The position numbers and the translations under genes are program-made. A DNA stretch of 64,000 nt from Macrostomum lignano (lineage: Eukaryota), in assembly GCA_002269645.1 (NCBI GenBank), contig NIVC01003097.1:55564-119563 (forward strand). The letters are read 5' to 3'. Below, in pieces: positions 41,590 to 54,792 of the stretch. Position 1 is the first letter of the stretch; the number at the start of each line of letters is the position of its first letter. The notes under the pieces are model-generated. The model searched no databases. It saw only the letters and a list, made by a program, of their open reading frames with translations, and had not been told where the DNA came from.

Positions 41590-42562
41590 GAGACCGGAAA
41601 TTAGTATAGAAACCATCTTCAGACAACCGGAAATGGGTATAGAGCACCAACTACAGACAACCGGAAATGGGTATGGAGCAATAACTACAGACAACCGGAA
41701 ATAGGTATGGAGCACCAACTACAGACAACCGGAAATGGATATGAGCACCAACTACAGCCAACCGGAAATGGGCATGGAGCACCAACTACAGTCAACCGGA
41801 AATGGGCATGGAGTACCAACTACAGACAACCGGAAATAAGTATGGAGCATCAACTACTACAGACAACCGGAAATAGGTATGGAGCATCAACTACAGACAA
41901 CCGGAAATGGGCATGGAGCACTAACTACAAACAACCGGAAATGGTATGGAGCACTAACTACTCGTACAGACAACCGGAAATAAGTATGGAGCATCAACTA
42001 CAGACAACCGGAAATGGGCATGGAGCACCAACTACAGACAATCGGAAATAAGTATGGAGCATAAGGGGGGCCGTAGCCCAGCGGTAGCGCAGCTGCTCTG
42101 GTGTGCCAGCGACCCAGGCTCGATTCCAAGTGCAGTCACATTAATTTGGGGCTGAATTGGAATCTCGGCTTGGCTCTGCTCGTGCAATTAACGGCCTTGA
42201 GAGCCAACCCCCCAAGGCGCAGTGAAGTGTACATGCCTAACGATAAATAAAGTTAGGGCCGCTGTACACTCCTGTGTGAGTGTGTGCCTGCGTACGTATC
42301 CGCGCGCTTGTATGCCTGCTCAGGGGAGTCGGCGGAATGGGCAGCAATGCCTCTCGCCGGTTGTGTGCCTATGTCGCTTAAAGTGCGCCAGGGTGCACAC
42401 AACCCCCCTGCCTCTAATAAAAAAGTATGGAGCATCAACTACAGACAACCGGAAATAGGTATTGAGCACCAACTACAGACAACCGGAAATGGGCATGGAG
42501 CACTAACTACAAACAACTGGAAATGGTATGGAGCACTAACTACTCGTACAGACAACCGGAAA
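41590..42562. repeat. 34-bp minisatellite filling a formin intron, interrupted by the SINE
   Basis: Unit CAGACAACCGGAAATGGGCATGGAGCACCAACTA. Confidence 0.92.
42063..42422 (+). mobile_element. tRNA-derived SINE, young copy
   Basis: A box TAGCCCAGCGG, B box GGCTCGATTCC, A-rich tail, 13-bp TSD AAGTATGGAGCAT (42050-42062, 42423-42435). Confidence 0.85.
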
Positions 42563-42583
42563 TGTGGGAACATCAGGGTGTAC

Positions 42584-43754
42584 CTTCTTGAACTTGACAG
42601 ACTTCTCCAGCGTCATGGAAGCAGCAACAACAGCACGAAGGGGCGGCTCGACGCCGGAAAAGTTCTCCTCGAATTGACCGGCATAGCGCAGAGCCTGCAG
42701 CTTCCGCTCCAGCATGGGAACGCGGCACAGGGCCACCAGCAGTTGGTCCTGCTCGCTCAGCGCGTCAACCCGACGACCCTCGGCGAATTCGTAGCGACGA
42801 TATGACCGAACCTCTTCCTCGGTGGGCACGCCCTGGCGCAGAAGGATCTCAGCTAGGTCAGCCGACACCTTGTCAGCGTCCAGACTGTCAACAGCGGCGG
42901 CAAGGTCGGCAAAGCTAAGCCGCATGGACTCGACTTTGTGCCGAGTCACAGCCAAATTGCGGAACCGGTCGTGACCAAGCAGAGTTGGCCGCTCCTTCTT
43001 GGTCTTCAAGGCGGCCGCGGTGGCGGCTGCGGCGGCCTTGTCGCTGGCCCCGCCGTTGGCCGACAGCTTAAATTTGTCCTCGAAATCGTCCACATCGATG
43101 CGTCGCCTGGCCCGCTCGTCGTTCATGTCCATGAAGACGGTGCCGCGGCAGCCAGACGGCGGTATGGCCGTCCAGTTCAGCAGCGGCAGGCGGTGCTTCG
43201 GGATCACCGGCTGGCGGACTTGCATGCCGGCTGGGGCTGCCGGAGCAGCGCCGAACGGCGGAGGCGGGGGTGGCGGAGGCGGCGCTCCACCAGGCGGCGG
43301 TGGTGGCGGTGGCGGTGGTGGCGGGGGTGGCGGCGCAGCGGGGCAGTTGACGCCGGGCAGCTTAGCAGCGGGGATTCCACCGCCGGCGCCGTTGCTGCTG
43401 CTGCTACTAGAAGAATTGGCAGCAGCTGGCGCAGCCGGTGCCGAAGGCGGAGTGGAAGATTTGGCCGCCTGCTGAGCGGCTTTAAGCGCCGATTCGGATT
43501 CGCGCAGTCGGGTTTCGAGCTCGCGCACCGTCTGCTCGAGCTGGCGCTCTCGTTCGCCGGCGCTGTGACTGGCCGCCCGCAGACTGTGCTGCATCTGTTG
43601 CACGGCGCGCTCCTTTTCCGCCTGCAGGGTGGCGCAGTCGGTCTCCCGGTTTTGGAGACGCTCGCGCAGCTCCGCCATGATTTGAGCGGCCTCGTCCTCG
43701 GCCCGGCGCTGCCTGTCCTGGGTCTGGTACAGCTCCTCCTCTAGAGCGGCCGCT
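42584..43754 (-). CDS. FMNL: FMNL-type formin exon (coiled coil, FH1 polyproline, N-terminal FH2)
   Basis: Acceptor gtgcag|A is the only nearby in-frame option. Encodes poly-P, LPLLNW, GTVF and DFEDKF. Donor AAG|GTAC. Confidence 0.92.
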
Positions 43755-43811
43755 CTGCACGCGAGTCGTGAGGGCGTGGATTGAGATGCTAAATATTTAA
43801 TGCCTGCTACA

Positions 43812-43813
43812 GC

Positions 43814-43871
<58 letters not shown>

Positions 43872-43872
43872 T

Positions 43873-43913
<41 letters not shown>

Positions 43914-43975
43914 TAGACAGACAGACACAAAGACAGACAGACAGACAGACAATTAGACAAGACAAACAGACAGAA
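43812..43975. repeat. (CAGA)n microsatellite
   Basis: Tetranucleotide run. Confidence 0.95.
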
Positions 43976-44160
43976 AAGACAAATAGGCTTGCCAACAAGT
44001 ACGGACAGACAGACTTTTCAGAGTACACACAGACATGCTTAATTATAGACAGATAGGGACAACAGACAGGCACTGAGAAGCTCACAGACAGACTCAGACA
44101 GGCTCACAGATAAACAAACAAAGCTAATAGACGCACAGAAGACATTCCAGAAGTTCTCAC

Positions 44161-44913
44161 CTAGCAACAGCAGACTGCTTAGCAACTGAGTCGATAAACA
44201 GGCCGGCCACATCGATAGTGTTGTCAAAGATGGCCTCAATCTGGCTATTCAGCCGCTCGTCGCCATATTTGCCGTGCAATCCGCGAAGGAATTCTTCCAA
44301 GCCTAGCTGGGCGAACTCGGCCTGCAGGCAGACCCGCTGACCAAGCTGCTCATCGTTGCTCACATTCTGCACAATATTGATGAACCTGGCGCAGCTGACC
44401 ATGAACTCCAAGCTGTACTGTTCGACAGGAAGCGCCTCGTGCCGACGGAAGCAGGTCATCAGGGTCTCCCAGCGGCGTCGTTCGCCAACTCTCTCGCGCA
44501 GACTGTCGAATGCGTCCAGAACTTGAGCGTGCATGCCGTCTAGCATGCACAGCGCCGCCAGCAGTTCCAGCACCAGAGTTTTGGTGGCGTAGCGAGGATG
44601 CAGCACGCATCTAGCGATAATGCTGACGGCCGTCTTGTCCTGGAATGTCCGCTGGCAGGCCCGCTGATTGTTGAAGAGCACCCGCATGCATTTGACGCCG
44701 TTGTGCAGATCGCTGAGCAGCGATTCGTCTGGCTGCTGTTGCTGCTGAGTCTGCAGCGCCAGATGCTGCGGCTGGTGCTGGCCACGGCCGGAGCTGCACT
44801 GCATGGACAGGCGGCGCCAGCAGCTGCGCTTTGATGATGACTGGCCGTACTGCTGATTCTGCTGTTGATGCTGCTGTCCGTCCGAGTGCCCGTTGAGCAG
44901 CGGCTCCTCCGAG
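44161..44913 (-). CDS. FMNL: FMNL-type formin exon (GBD/FH3)
   Basis: LHNGVKCMRVLFN, TKTLVLELLAALC, FMVSCARFINIV and QAEFAQLGLEEFL match FMNL FH3. Acceptor ccccgtcag|C, donor AG|GTGAG. Confidence 0.92.
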
Positions 44914-45047
44914 CTGACGGGGGGGGGGAATAAGAAGACTAGGAAGTTGATGCTGAGCTTCAACAGTTGCAAATATCACCCGCAAAAATATTCGTGAAGT
45001 CGCGCATTAAAAACAGTAATCCGGGGAGAGATTCCTCTCTTTCACAG

Positions 45048-46877
45048 GATCCCTATACAGAATCCCTATACATGATCCCTACACATGATCCCTATACAGA
45101 ATCCCTACACATGATCCCTATACAGAATCCCTATACATGATCCCTATACATGATCCCTACACATGATCCCTATACAGAAGCCCTATACATGATCCCTATA
45201 CAGAATCCTTATACATGATCCCTATACAGAATCCCTATACATGATCCCTATACAGAAGCCCTATACATGATCCCTATACAGAATCCCTATACATGATCCC
45301 TATACATGATCCCTATACAGAATCCCTACACATGATCCCTATACAGAATCCCTATACATGATCCCTATACATGATCCCTACACATGATCCCTATACAGAA
45401 GCCCTATACATGATCCCTATACAGAATCCTTATACATGATCTCTATACAGAATCCCTATACATGATCCCTATACAGAATCCCTATACATGATCTCTATAC
45501 AGAAGCCCTACACATGATCCCTATACAGAAGCCCTATACATGATCCCTATACAGAATCCCTATACATGATCCCTATACAGAAGCCCTATACATGATCCCT
45601 ATACAGAATCCTTATACATGATCCCTATACAGAATCCCTATACATGATCTCTATACAGAATCCCTATACATGATCCCTATACAGAATCCCTATACATGAT
45701 CTCTATACAGAAGCCCTACACATGATCCCTATACAGAAGCCCTATACATGATCCCTATACAGAATCCCTATACATGATCCCTATACAGAAGCCCTATACA
45801 TGATCCCTATACAGAATCCCTATACATGATCCCTATACAGAATCCCTATACATGATCCCTATACAGAATCCCTATACATGATCCCTATACAGAATCCCTA
45901 TACATGATCCCTATACAGAATCCCTATACATGATCCCTATACAGAATCCCTATACATGATCCCTATACAGAATCCCTATACATGATCCCTATACAGAAGC
46001 CCTATACATGATCCCTATACAGAATCCCTATACATGATCCCTATACAGAATCCCTATACATGATCCCTATACAGAATCCCTATACATGATCCCTATACAG
46101 AATCCCTATACATGATCCCTATACAGAAGCCTTATACAGAATCCCTATACAGAATCCCTATACATGATACCTATACAGAATCCCTATACAGAATCCCTAT
46201 ACAGAATCCCTATACATGATCCCTATACAGTAGCCTTATACATGATCCCTATACAGAATCCCTATACATGATCCCTATACATGATCCCTATACAGAATCC
46301 CTATACATGATCTCTATACAGAAGCCCTATACATGATCCCTATACAGAAGCCCTATACATGATCCCTATACAGAATCCCTATACATGATCCCTATACAGA
46401 AGCCCTATACATGATCCCTATACAGAATCCCTATACATGATCCCTATACAGAAGCCCTATACATGATCCCTATACAGAAGCCCTATACATGATCCCGATA
46501 CAGAATCCCTATACATGATCCCTATACAGAAGCCCTATACATGATCCCTATACAGAAGCCCTATACATGATCCCTATACAGAAGCCCTATACATGATCCC
46601 TATACAGAAGCCCTATACATGATCCCTATACAGAAGCCCTATACATGATCCCTATACAGAATCCCTATACATGATCTCTATACAGAATCCCTATACATGA
46701 TCCCTATACAGAAGCCCTATACATGATCCCTATACAGAAGCCCTATACATGATCCCTATACAGAAGCCCTATACATGATCCCTATACAGAATCCCTATAC
46801 ATGATCTCTATACAGAATCCCTATACATGATCCCTATACAGAAGCCCTATACATGATCCCTATACAGAATCCCTATG
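45048..46877. repeat. 13/26-bp minisatellite (GATCCCTATACAGAATCCCTATACAT)
   Basis: Dimer of diverged 13-mers. Confidence 0.96.
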
Positions 46878-47514
46878 CAGGATTTGTCTAAAAACGTGAC
46901 AAAACCCCCAAAAACGAAATTCTAGAAAAAACCCCCAAGCCCTATTTAAATTGCGCGCAGTAATTTTTCGTTGAGAAGACTCGTCATCAAAAGAGATTTC
47001 CGAGACGAAGATCCGAATAGTAGCGAAGACAAAGCGATGGCGGAGAAAAAACCATTATTTATTAATGGCTAGCTCCTAAAAATGCAAATCTGTATCATGT
47101 CTGTATCATGTATCGTGTCCAAAATGAGCAGTAAAAATTCATGCCGATGATGAGGCTACAAAAACCCAAACTTAAAGCAATGCATAATTAAGAATTCAAT
47201 TTTCAGACTCAAAACCAGGCCAAAAAGTATTTTTTAAACCCTTTTACGCAGAAAACGGATAAATTAACAGAAAAAACTTAGATTTTCGATTAATTATCTT
47301 AACTGCGAAATTACTCTGCATAAGCGTTTGCCACTTTCAATTTATTAGATAAATATTTAAACCCAAGAGTTAACAGATTCACTTCAAGCTGATGCGATAA
47401 TATAATCAATTAATAATTCTGTGAATATCTACATGCGAATAGAAGTTGTCAAAAGATTTTTGTGATTTAGACTAGATGCTTGATTGCTATTTTCAAATAG
47501 CGAAACATACTCGC

Positions 47515-49216
47515 GCACTCTTATCTAACACCCATGATCCTGAAGTGAACGCTCATCTAACACCCATGATCCTGAAGTGAACGCTTATCTAACACCCATG
47601 ATCCTGAAGTGAACGCTCATCTAACACCCATGATCCTGAAGTGCACTCTTATCTAACACCCATGATCCTGAAGTGAACGCTTATTTAACACCCATGATCC
47701 TGAAGTGAACGCTTATCTAACACCCATGATCCTGAAGTACACTCTTATCTAACACTCATGATCCTGAAGTGAACGCTTATCTAACACCCGTGATCCTGCA
47801 GTGCACTCTTATCTAACACCCATGATCCTGAAGTACACTCTTATCTAACACTCATGATCCTGAAGTGCACTCTTATCTAACACCCATGATCCTGAAGTGA
47901 ACGCTTATCTAACACCCATGATCCTGAAGTACACTCTTATCTAACACCCATGATCCTGAAATACACGCTTATCTAACACTCATGAACCTGACGTACACTC
48001 TTATGTAACACCCATGATCCTGAAGTGCACTCTTATCTAACACATATGATCCTGAAGTGAACGCTTATCTAACACCCATGATCCTGAAGTGCACTCTTAT
48101 CTAACACTCATGATCCTGAGGTGCACTCTTATCTAACACCCATGATCCTGCAGTGCACTCTTATCTAACACTCATGATCCTGAAGTACACTCTTATCTAA
48201 CACCCATGATCCTGAAGTGAACGCTTATCTAACACCCGTGATCCTGAAGTGCACTCTTATCTAACACCCATGATCCTGAAGTGCACACTTATCTAACACA
48301 TATGATCCTGAAGTGCACTCTTATCTAACACTCATGATCCTGAAGTGAACGCTTATCTAACACCCATGATCCTGAAGTGCACACTTATCTAACACCCATG
48401 ATCCTGAGGTGCACACTTATCTAACACCCATGATCCTGAAGTGCACACTTATCTAACACCCATGATCCTGAAGTGCACTCTTATCTAACACATTTGATCC
48501 TGAAGTGCACTCTTATCTAACACTCATGATCCTGAAGTGCACACTTATCTAACACCCATGATCCTGAAGTGCACACTTATCTAACACCCATGATCCTGAA
48601 GTGCACTCTTATTTAACACCCATGATCCTGAAGTGCACACTTATCTAACACCCATGATCCTGAAGTGAACGCTTATCTAACACCCATGATCCTGCAGTGC
48701 ACTCTTATCTAACACTCATGATCCTGGAGCACACTCTTATCTAACACCCATGATCCTGAAGTGAACGCTTATCTAACACCCGTGATCCTGAAGTGCACTC
48801 TTATCTAACACCCATGATCCTGAAGTGCACACTTATCTAACACATATGATCCTGAAGTGCACTCTTATCTAACACTCATGATCCTGAAGTGCACTCTTAT
48901 CTAACACATGATCCTGAAGTGCACACTTATCTAACACCCATGATCCTGAAGTGCACACTTATCTAACACATATGATCCTGAAGTGCACTCTTATCTAACA
49001 CCCATGATCCTGAAGTGCACTCTTATCTAACACTCATGATCCTGAAGTGCACTCTTATCTAACACATATGATCCTGAAGTGCACACTTATCTAACACCCA
49101 TGATCCTGAAGTGCACACTTATCTAACACCCATGATCCTGAAGTGAACTCTTATCTAACACATTTGATCCTGAAGTGCACTCTTATCTAACACCCATGAT
49201 CCTGAAGTGCACTCTT
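47515..49216. repeat. 32-bp minisatellite (CTTATCTAACACCCATGATCCTGAAGTGCACT)
   Basis: About 53 copies. Confidence 0.96.
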
Positions 49217-50109
49217 AGTAATTGCCTAACATCTGCGTACTTAAGCGCATACAAAAAATTCCATACACATTTTCTCGACCTCTCTGCCTGATAAACCAGG
49301 TAATGTTTATAAAAAGACCTATACGATTCGAACGCATAGGTCGGTACCATTATGCCAAAATATAATCTATAGTCTCGTCAATAGAAATATTTTATATCAA
49401 GTTAGAGTGTAGCATCAATAATTCCATGCCTACATTCAGTATTACAGCAAAATTGGATTAAAACTCTGAGATATGAACTCTGCGAACTATGGATACCTAT
49501 AAAACCATGGATATTCCCTAACAGCCTCAGTATGACTGGAGGTTGGTGTAATTCAAGTGCACGCAGGTCGCTCCATCCTCTATCTATCTGTCTGTCCCGC
49601 TAAAACTTATCCTTCCCCCTCCTTCCCCTTGTAATACATTATATCCGCGTCTGTCCCCGTGCTAAAAACTGCTTTACGAAACGAACGGGCAATCTTTTAC
49701 AAAACTAGCGCTTACTTTCTTTTGCCGAACTTTCCAGTTTGCAGGTTTCCCTTATCTAGCTCGTATCTACACTTCTTTCTTTTATCATACTAAGGAAAGG
49801 CGAACTGTAGTCTAGGATAAAGCTGCTTTACATATTGGCTTATAGAAAGATGCCTGTAATGGAAAACCACAGTTGGGACGTACTTGGCTTACATTAGTCA
49901 TGCACAGTGACCGAAGGCACAGAATTATCGGCATATGCAGGACAGGTATCATCATTTGTCTATCTATAGCATGTGCTGCTCCGTTCATTAACAAGTTTTT
50001 GCGCTTAAACTGCATCCACAAAGACAAGGTAATGCTGTCCATTGGTTGGATTGTAACAGTGAGCCAACTTGAAAATCAACTAAGCTGTAGCATTGAATAG
50101 AAAAAATGT

Positions 50110-50940
50110 GGTACCCAGTGAAACTGATATATGAGAGCTGAGATAACCAGTGAAACTGTGATATATGAGAGCTGAGATAACCAGTGAAGCTGATATATGA
50201 GAGCTGAGATAACCAGTGAAGCTGTGATATATGAGAGCTGAGATAACCAGTGAAGCTGTGATATATGAGAGCTGAGATAACCAGTGAAGCTGATATATGA
50301 GAGCTGAGATAACCAGTGAAGCTGTGATATATGAGAGCTGAGATAACCAGTGAAGCTGATATATGAGAGCTGAGATAACCAGTGAAGCTGTGATATATGA
50401 GAGCTGAGATAACCAGTGAAGCTGTGATATATGAGAGCTGAGATAACCAGTGAAGCTGATATATGAGAGCTGAGATAACCAGTGAAACTGTGATATATGA
50501 GAGCTGAGATAACCAGTGAAGCTGATATATGAGAGCTGAGATAACCAGTGAAGCTGATATATGAGAGCTGAGATAACCAGTGAAGCTGATATATGAGAGC
50601 TGAGATAACCAGTGAAGCTGATATATGAGAGCTGAGATAACCAGTGAAGCTGATATACGAGAGCTGAGATAACCAGTGAAGCTGATATATGAGAGCTGAG
50701 ATAACCAGTGAAGCTGATATATGAGAGCTGAGATACCCAGTGAAACTGATACATGAGAGCTGAGATACCCACTGAAACTGATACATGAGAGCTGAGATAC
50801 CCACTGAAACTGATAGATGAGAACTGAGATACCCACTGAAGCTGTGATATATCAAAGCTGAGATACCCACTAAAGCTGTGATATATCAAAGCTTAGATCC
50901 CCACTAAAGCTGTGATATATCAAAGCTTAGATACCCAGCT
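50110..50940. repeat. 32/34-bp minisatellite (GAGAGCTGAGATAACCAGTGAAGCTGATATAT)
   Basis: About 25 copies. Confidence 0.95.
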
Positions 50941-51285
50941 GAGATGCCCATACCAAACAAAGGTCACTTGGCACAAAAATCGTTCTTGCTTTCAACTGCA
51001 ATAAAAGCAAGCTAGCTCCAAACACAGCAACTCAACAATAAAAATGTATAATACATGCGCAAATTATATTAATTAGCGGAGTGTAGCAAAACAGCTCTAC
51101 CATTTTGAGCGCAGATTAGTTGAACCCAAAATAGCTAGCAACTTTTTTAGTAGCCAAAATGATGCTTTCACACAGACATTTGATCGCGAAAATAATTAAT
51201 AATAGCGAAAACCAAGTGCTTATAGCTAATTCCACTGCACGTACTGCAATACACACATCAGATTGTTTGAGCAATTTAAACTCAC

Positions 51286-51345
51286 GAGTACGACAAAGTG
51301 TCGACTGATTGCGACACAGCTATAGCCCTGCTACAGCTGCACCAC
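51286..51345 (-). CDS. FMNL: Candidate 60-nt cassette exon of the formin
   Basis: cacag|...|GTGAGT. Phase 2-2, frame-preserving and stop-free (RWCSCSRAIAVSQSVDTLSYS). No homology support. Confidence 0.4.
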
Positions 51346-51489
51346 CTGTGCGTTATTTATTTGTAACGAGGTTTAAGCACAGTCGGAGTGGCTTCTATGC
51401 AAATAATATTGATTGCTCAGCCTTGGCAGTTGACAATAACTAATTAATGAAAGAGGAACTTGTGATTAAGCTAAAGGTAGAGAGTAACG

Positions 51490-54400
51490 GTTACCCACTG
51501 AAACTACTGGGGGAATGGATAGCGGTACCCACTGAAGCTACTGAGGGAATGGATAGCGGTGCCCACTGAAGCTACTGAGGGAATGGATAGTGGTAACCCA
51601 CTGAAGCTACTGAGGGAATGGATAGCGGTGCCCACTGAAGCTACTGAGGGAATGGATAGCGGTGCCCACTGAAGCTACTGAGGGAATGGATAGCGGTGCC
51701 CACTGAAGCTACTGAGGGAATGGATAGCGGTGCCCACTGAAGCTACTGAGGGAATGGATAGCGGTGCCCACTGAAGCTACTGAGGGAATGGATAGCGGTG
51801 CCCACTGAAACTACTGAGGGAATGGATAGCGGTGCCCACTGAAGCTACTGAGGGAATGGATAGTGGTAACCCACTGAAGCTACTGAGGGAATGGATAGCG
51901 GTGCCCACTGAAGCTACTGAGGGAATGGATAGCGGTGCCCACTGAAGCTACTGAGGGAATGGATAGCGGTGCCCACTGAAGCTACTGAGGGAATGGATAG
52001 CGGTGCCCACTGAAGCTACTGAGGGAATGGATAGCGGTGCCCACTGAAGCTACTGAGGGAATGGATAGCGGTGCCCACTGAAGCTACTGAGGGAATGGAT
52101 AGTGGTAACCCACTGAAGCTACTGAGGGAATGGATAGCGGTGCCCACTGAAGCTACTGAGGGAATGGATAGCGGTGACCACTGAAGCTACTGAGGGAATG
52201 GATAGCGGTGCCCACTGAAGCTACTGAGGGAATGGATAGCGGTGCCCACTGAAGCTACTGAGGGAATGGATAGCGGTGCCCACTGAAGCTACTGAGGGAA
52301 TGGATAGCGGTACCCACTGAAGCTACTGAGGGAATGGATAGCGGTGCCCACTGAAGCTACTGAGGGAATGGATAGCGGTGCCCACTGAAGCTACTGAGGG
52401 AATGGATAGCGGTGCCCACTGAAGCTACTGAGGGAATGGATAGCGGTGCCCACTGAAGCTACTGAGGGAATGGATAGCGGTGCCCACTGAAGCTACTGAG
52501 GGAATGGATAGCGGTGCCCACTGAAGCTACTGAGGGAATGGATAGCGGTGCCCACTGAAGCTACTGAGGGAATGGATAGCGGTGCCCACTGAAGCTACTG
52601 AGGGAATGGATAGCGGTGCCCACTGAAGCTACTGAGGGAATGGATAGCGGTGCCCACTGAAGCTACTGAGGGAATGGATAGTGGTAACCCACTGAAGCTA
52701 CTGAGGGAATGGATAGCGGTGCCCACTGAAGCTACTGAGGGAATGGATAGCGGTGACCACTGAAGCTACTGAGGGAATGGATAGCGGTGCCCACTGAAGC
52801 TACTGAGGGAATGGATAGCGGTGCCCACTGAAGCTACTGAGGGAATGGATAGCGGTGCCCACTGAAGCTACTGAGGGAATGGATAGCGGTGCCCACTGAA
52901 GCTACTGAGGGAATGGATAGCGGTGCCCACTGAAGCTACTGAGGGAATGGATAGCGGTGCCCACTGAAGCTACTGAGGGAATGGATAGCGGTGCCCACTG
53001 AAGCTACTGAGGGAAAGGATAGCGGTGCCCACTGAAGCTACTGAGGGAATGGATAGCGGTGCCCACTGAAGCTACTGAGGGAATGGATAGCGGTGCCCAC
53101 TGAAGCTACTGAGGGAATGGATAGTGGTAACCCACTGAAGCTACTGAGGGAATGGATAGCGGTGCCCACTGAAGCTACTGAGGGAATGGATAGCGGTGAC
53201 CACTGAAGCTACTGAGGGAATGGATAGCGGTGCCCACTGAAGCTACTGAGGGAATGGATAGCGGTGCCCACTGAAGCTACTGAGGGAATGGATAGCGGTG
53301 CCCACTGAAGCTACTGAGGGAATGGATAGCGGTGCCCACTGAAGCTACTGAGGGAATGGATAGCGGTGCCCACTGAAGCTACTGAGGGAATGGATAGCGG
53401 TGCCCACTGAAGCTACTGAGGGAATGGATAGTGGTAACCCACTGAAGCTACTGAGGGAATGGATAGCGGTGCCCACTGAAGCTACTGAGGGAATGGATAG
53501 CGGTGACCACTGAAGCTACTGAGGGAATGGATAGCGGTGCCCACTGAAGCTACTGAGGGAATGGATAGCGGTGCCCACTGAAGCTACTGAGGGAATGGAT
53601 AGCGGTGACCACTGAAGCTACTGAGGGAATGGATAGCGGTGACCACTGAAGCTACTGAGGGAATGGATAGCGGTGCCCACTGAAGCTACTGAGGGAATGG
53701 ATAGCGGTGACCACTGAAGCTACTGAGGGAATGGATAGCGGTGCCCACTGAAGCTACTGAGGGAATGGATAGCGGTGCCCACTGAAGCTACTGAGGGAAT
53801 GGATAGCGGTGCCCACTGAAGCTACTGAGGGAATGGATAGCGGTGCCCACTGAAGCTACTGGGGAATGGATAGCGGTACCCACTGAAGCTACTGAGGGAA
53901 TGGATAGCGGTACCCACTGAAGCTACAGGGGGAATGGATAGCGGTACCCACTGAAGCTATTGGGGGAATGGATAGCGGTACCCACTGAAGCTACTGAGGG
54001 AATGGATAGCGGTGCCCACTGAAGCTACTGAGGGAATGGATAGCGGTGCCCACTGAAGCTACAGGGGGAATGGATAGCGGTACCCACTGAAGCTATTGGG
54101 GGAATGGATAGCGGTACCCACTGAAGCTACTGAAGGAAAAGGATAGCGGTACACACTGAAGTTACTGAGGGAATGGATAGCGGTACCCACTGAAGATACT
54201 GAGGGAATGGATAGCGGTGACCACTGAAGCTACTGAGGGAATGAATAGCGGTACCCACTGAAGCTACAGGGGGAATGGATAGCGGTACCCACTGAAGCTA
54301 TTGGGGGAATGGATAGCGGTACCCACTGAAGCTACTGAAGGAAAAGGATAGCGGTACACACTGAAGCTACTGAGGGAATGGATAGCGGTACCCACTGAAG

Positions 54401-54540
54401 CTACTGAAGGAATGGATAGCGGTGACCACTGAAGCTACTGAGGGAATGGATAGCGGTACCCACTGAAGCTACTGAGGGAATGGATAGCGGTGACCACTGA
54501 AGCTACTGAGGGAATGAATAGCGGTACCCACTGAAGCTAC
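51490..54540. repeat. 34-bp minisatellite (CCCACTGAAGCTACTGAGGGAATGGATAGCGGTG)
   Basis: About 90 copies, homogeneous centre and diverged edges. Confidence 0.97.
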
Positions 54541-54613
54541 AACAGAGGATCAGTTAACGCAAACCAAACAACAAACAGATAAACAAACAAAAACTTTCGA
54601 ATAGCAGTCTTAC

Positions 54614-54694
54614 CTAATGAGGCTGTCCAACGCTCTGCTTAAATAATCTAACAGTAAGTCGAGCCCGCCGCAGTCCATGAATTCTTCTAACCAC
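54614..54694 (-). CDS. FMNL: FMNL-type formin exon 2 (GBD)
   Basis: Not in the ORF track. 81 nt WLEEFMDCGGLDLLLDYLSRALDSLI, homologous to FMNL WVREFLN..GLDVLVEYL. Acceptor cctag, donor GTAAG. Confidence 0.88.
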   Translation of the reverse strand: MVRRIHGLRRARLTVRLFKQSVGQPH

Positions 54695-54792
54695 CTAGGA
54701 TTATTACAGAAGCAAATTTAAAATCAAATAATTGTTAAATACATTCTTTGACACTGTTGGAAGAGCTGCACTTTAATGCGATTGACACTCAC

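Noticed and set aside
42063-42135. Possible tRNA gene
   Set aside because: A and B boxes are present but I could not fold a convincing cloverleaf. It continues into a 290-bp body with an A-tail and TSD, so it is a SINE head.
42938-43744. Plus-strand ORFs opposite the formin, GPCR and Gypsy coding regions
   Set aside because: They are antisense shadows of GC-rich coding sequence with no independent motifs.
43803-43806. Alternative acceptors (TAG/CAG) after the (CAGA)n tract for the FH1 exon
   Set aside because: Both are out of frame with the preceding phase-2 exon. Only 43754 preserves the frame.
49873-50028. Possible nested plus-strand exon (RTGIIICLSIACAAPFI, donor GTAATG) in the formin intron
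   Set aside because: No partner exons found, and codon usage is unlike the real genes. A 49804-49716 minus-strand candidate was also rejected because of an in-frame stop.
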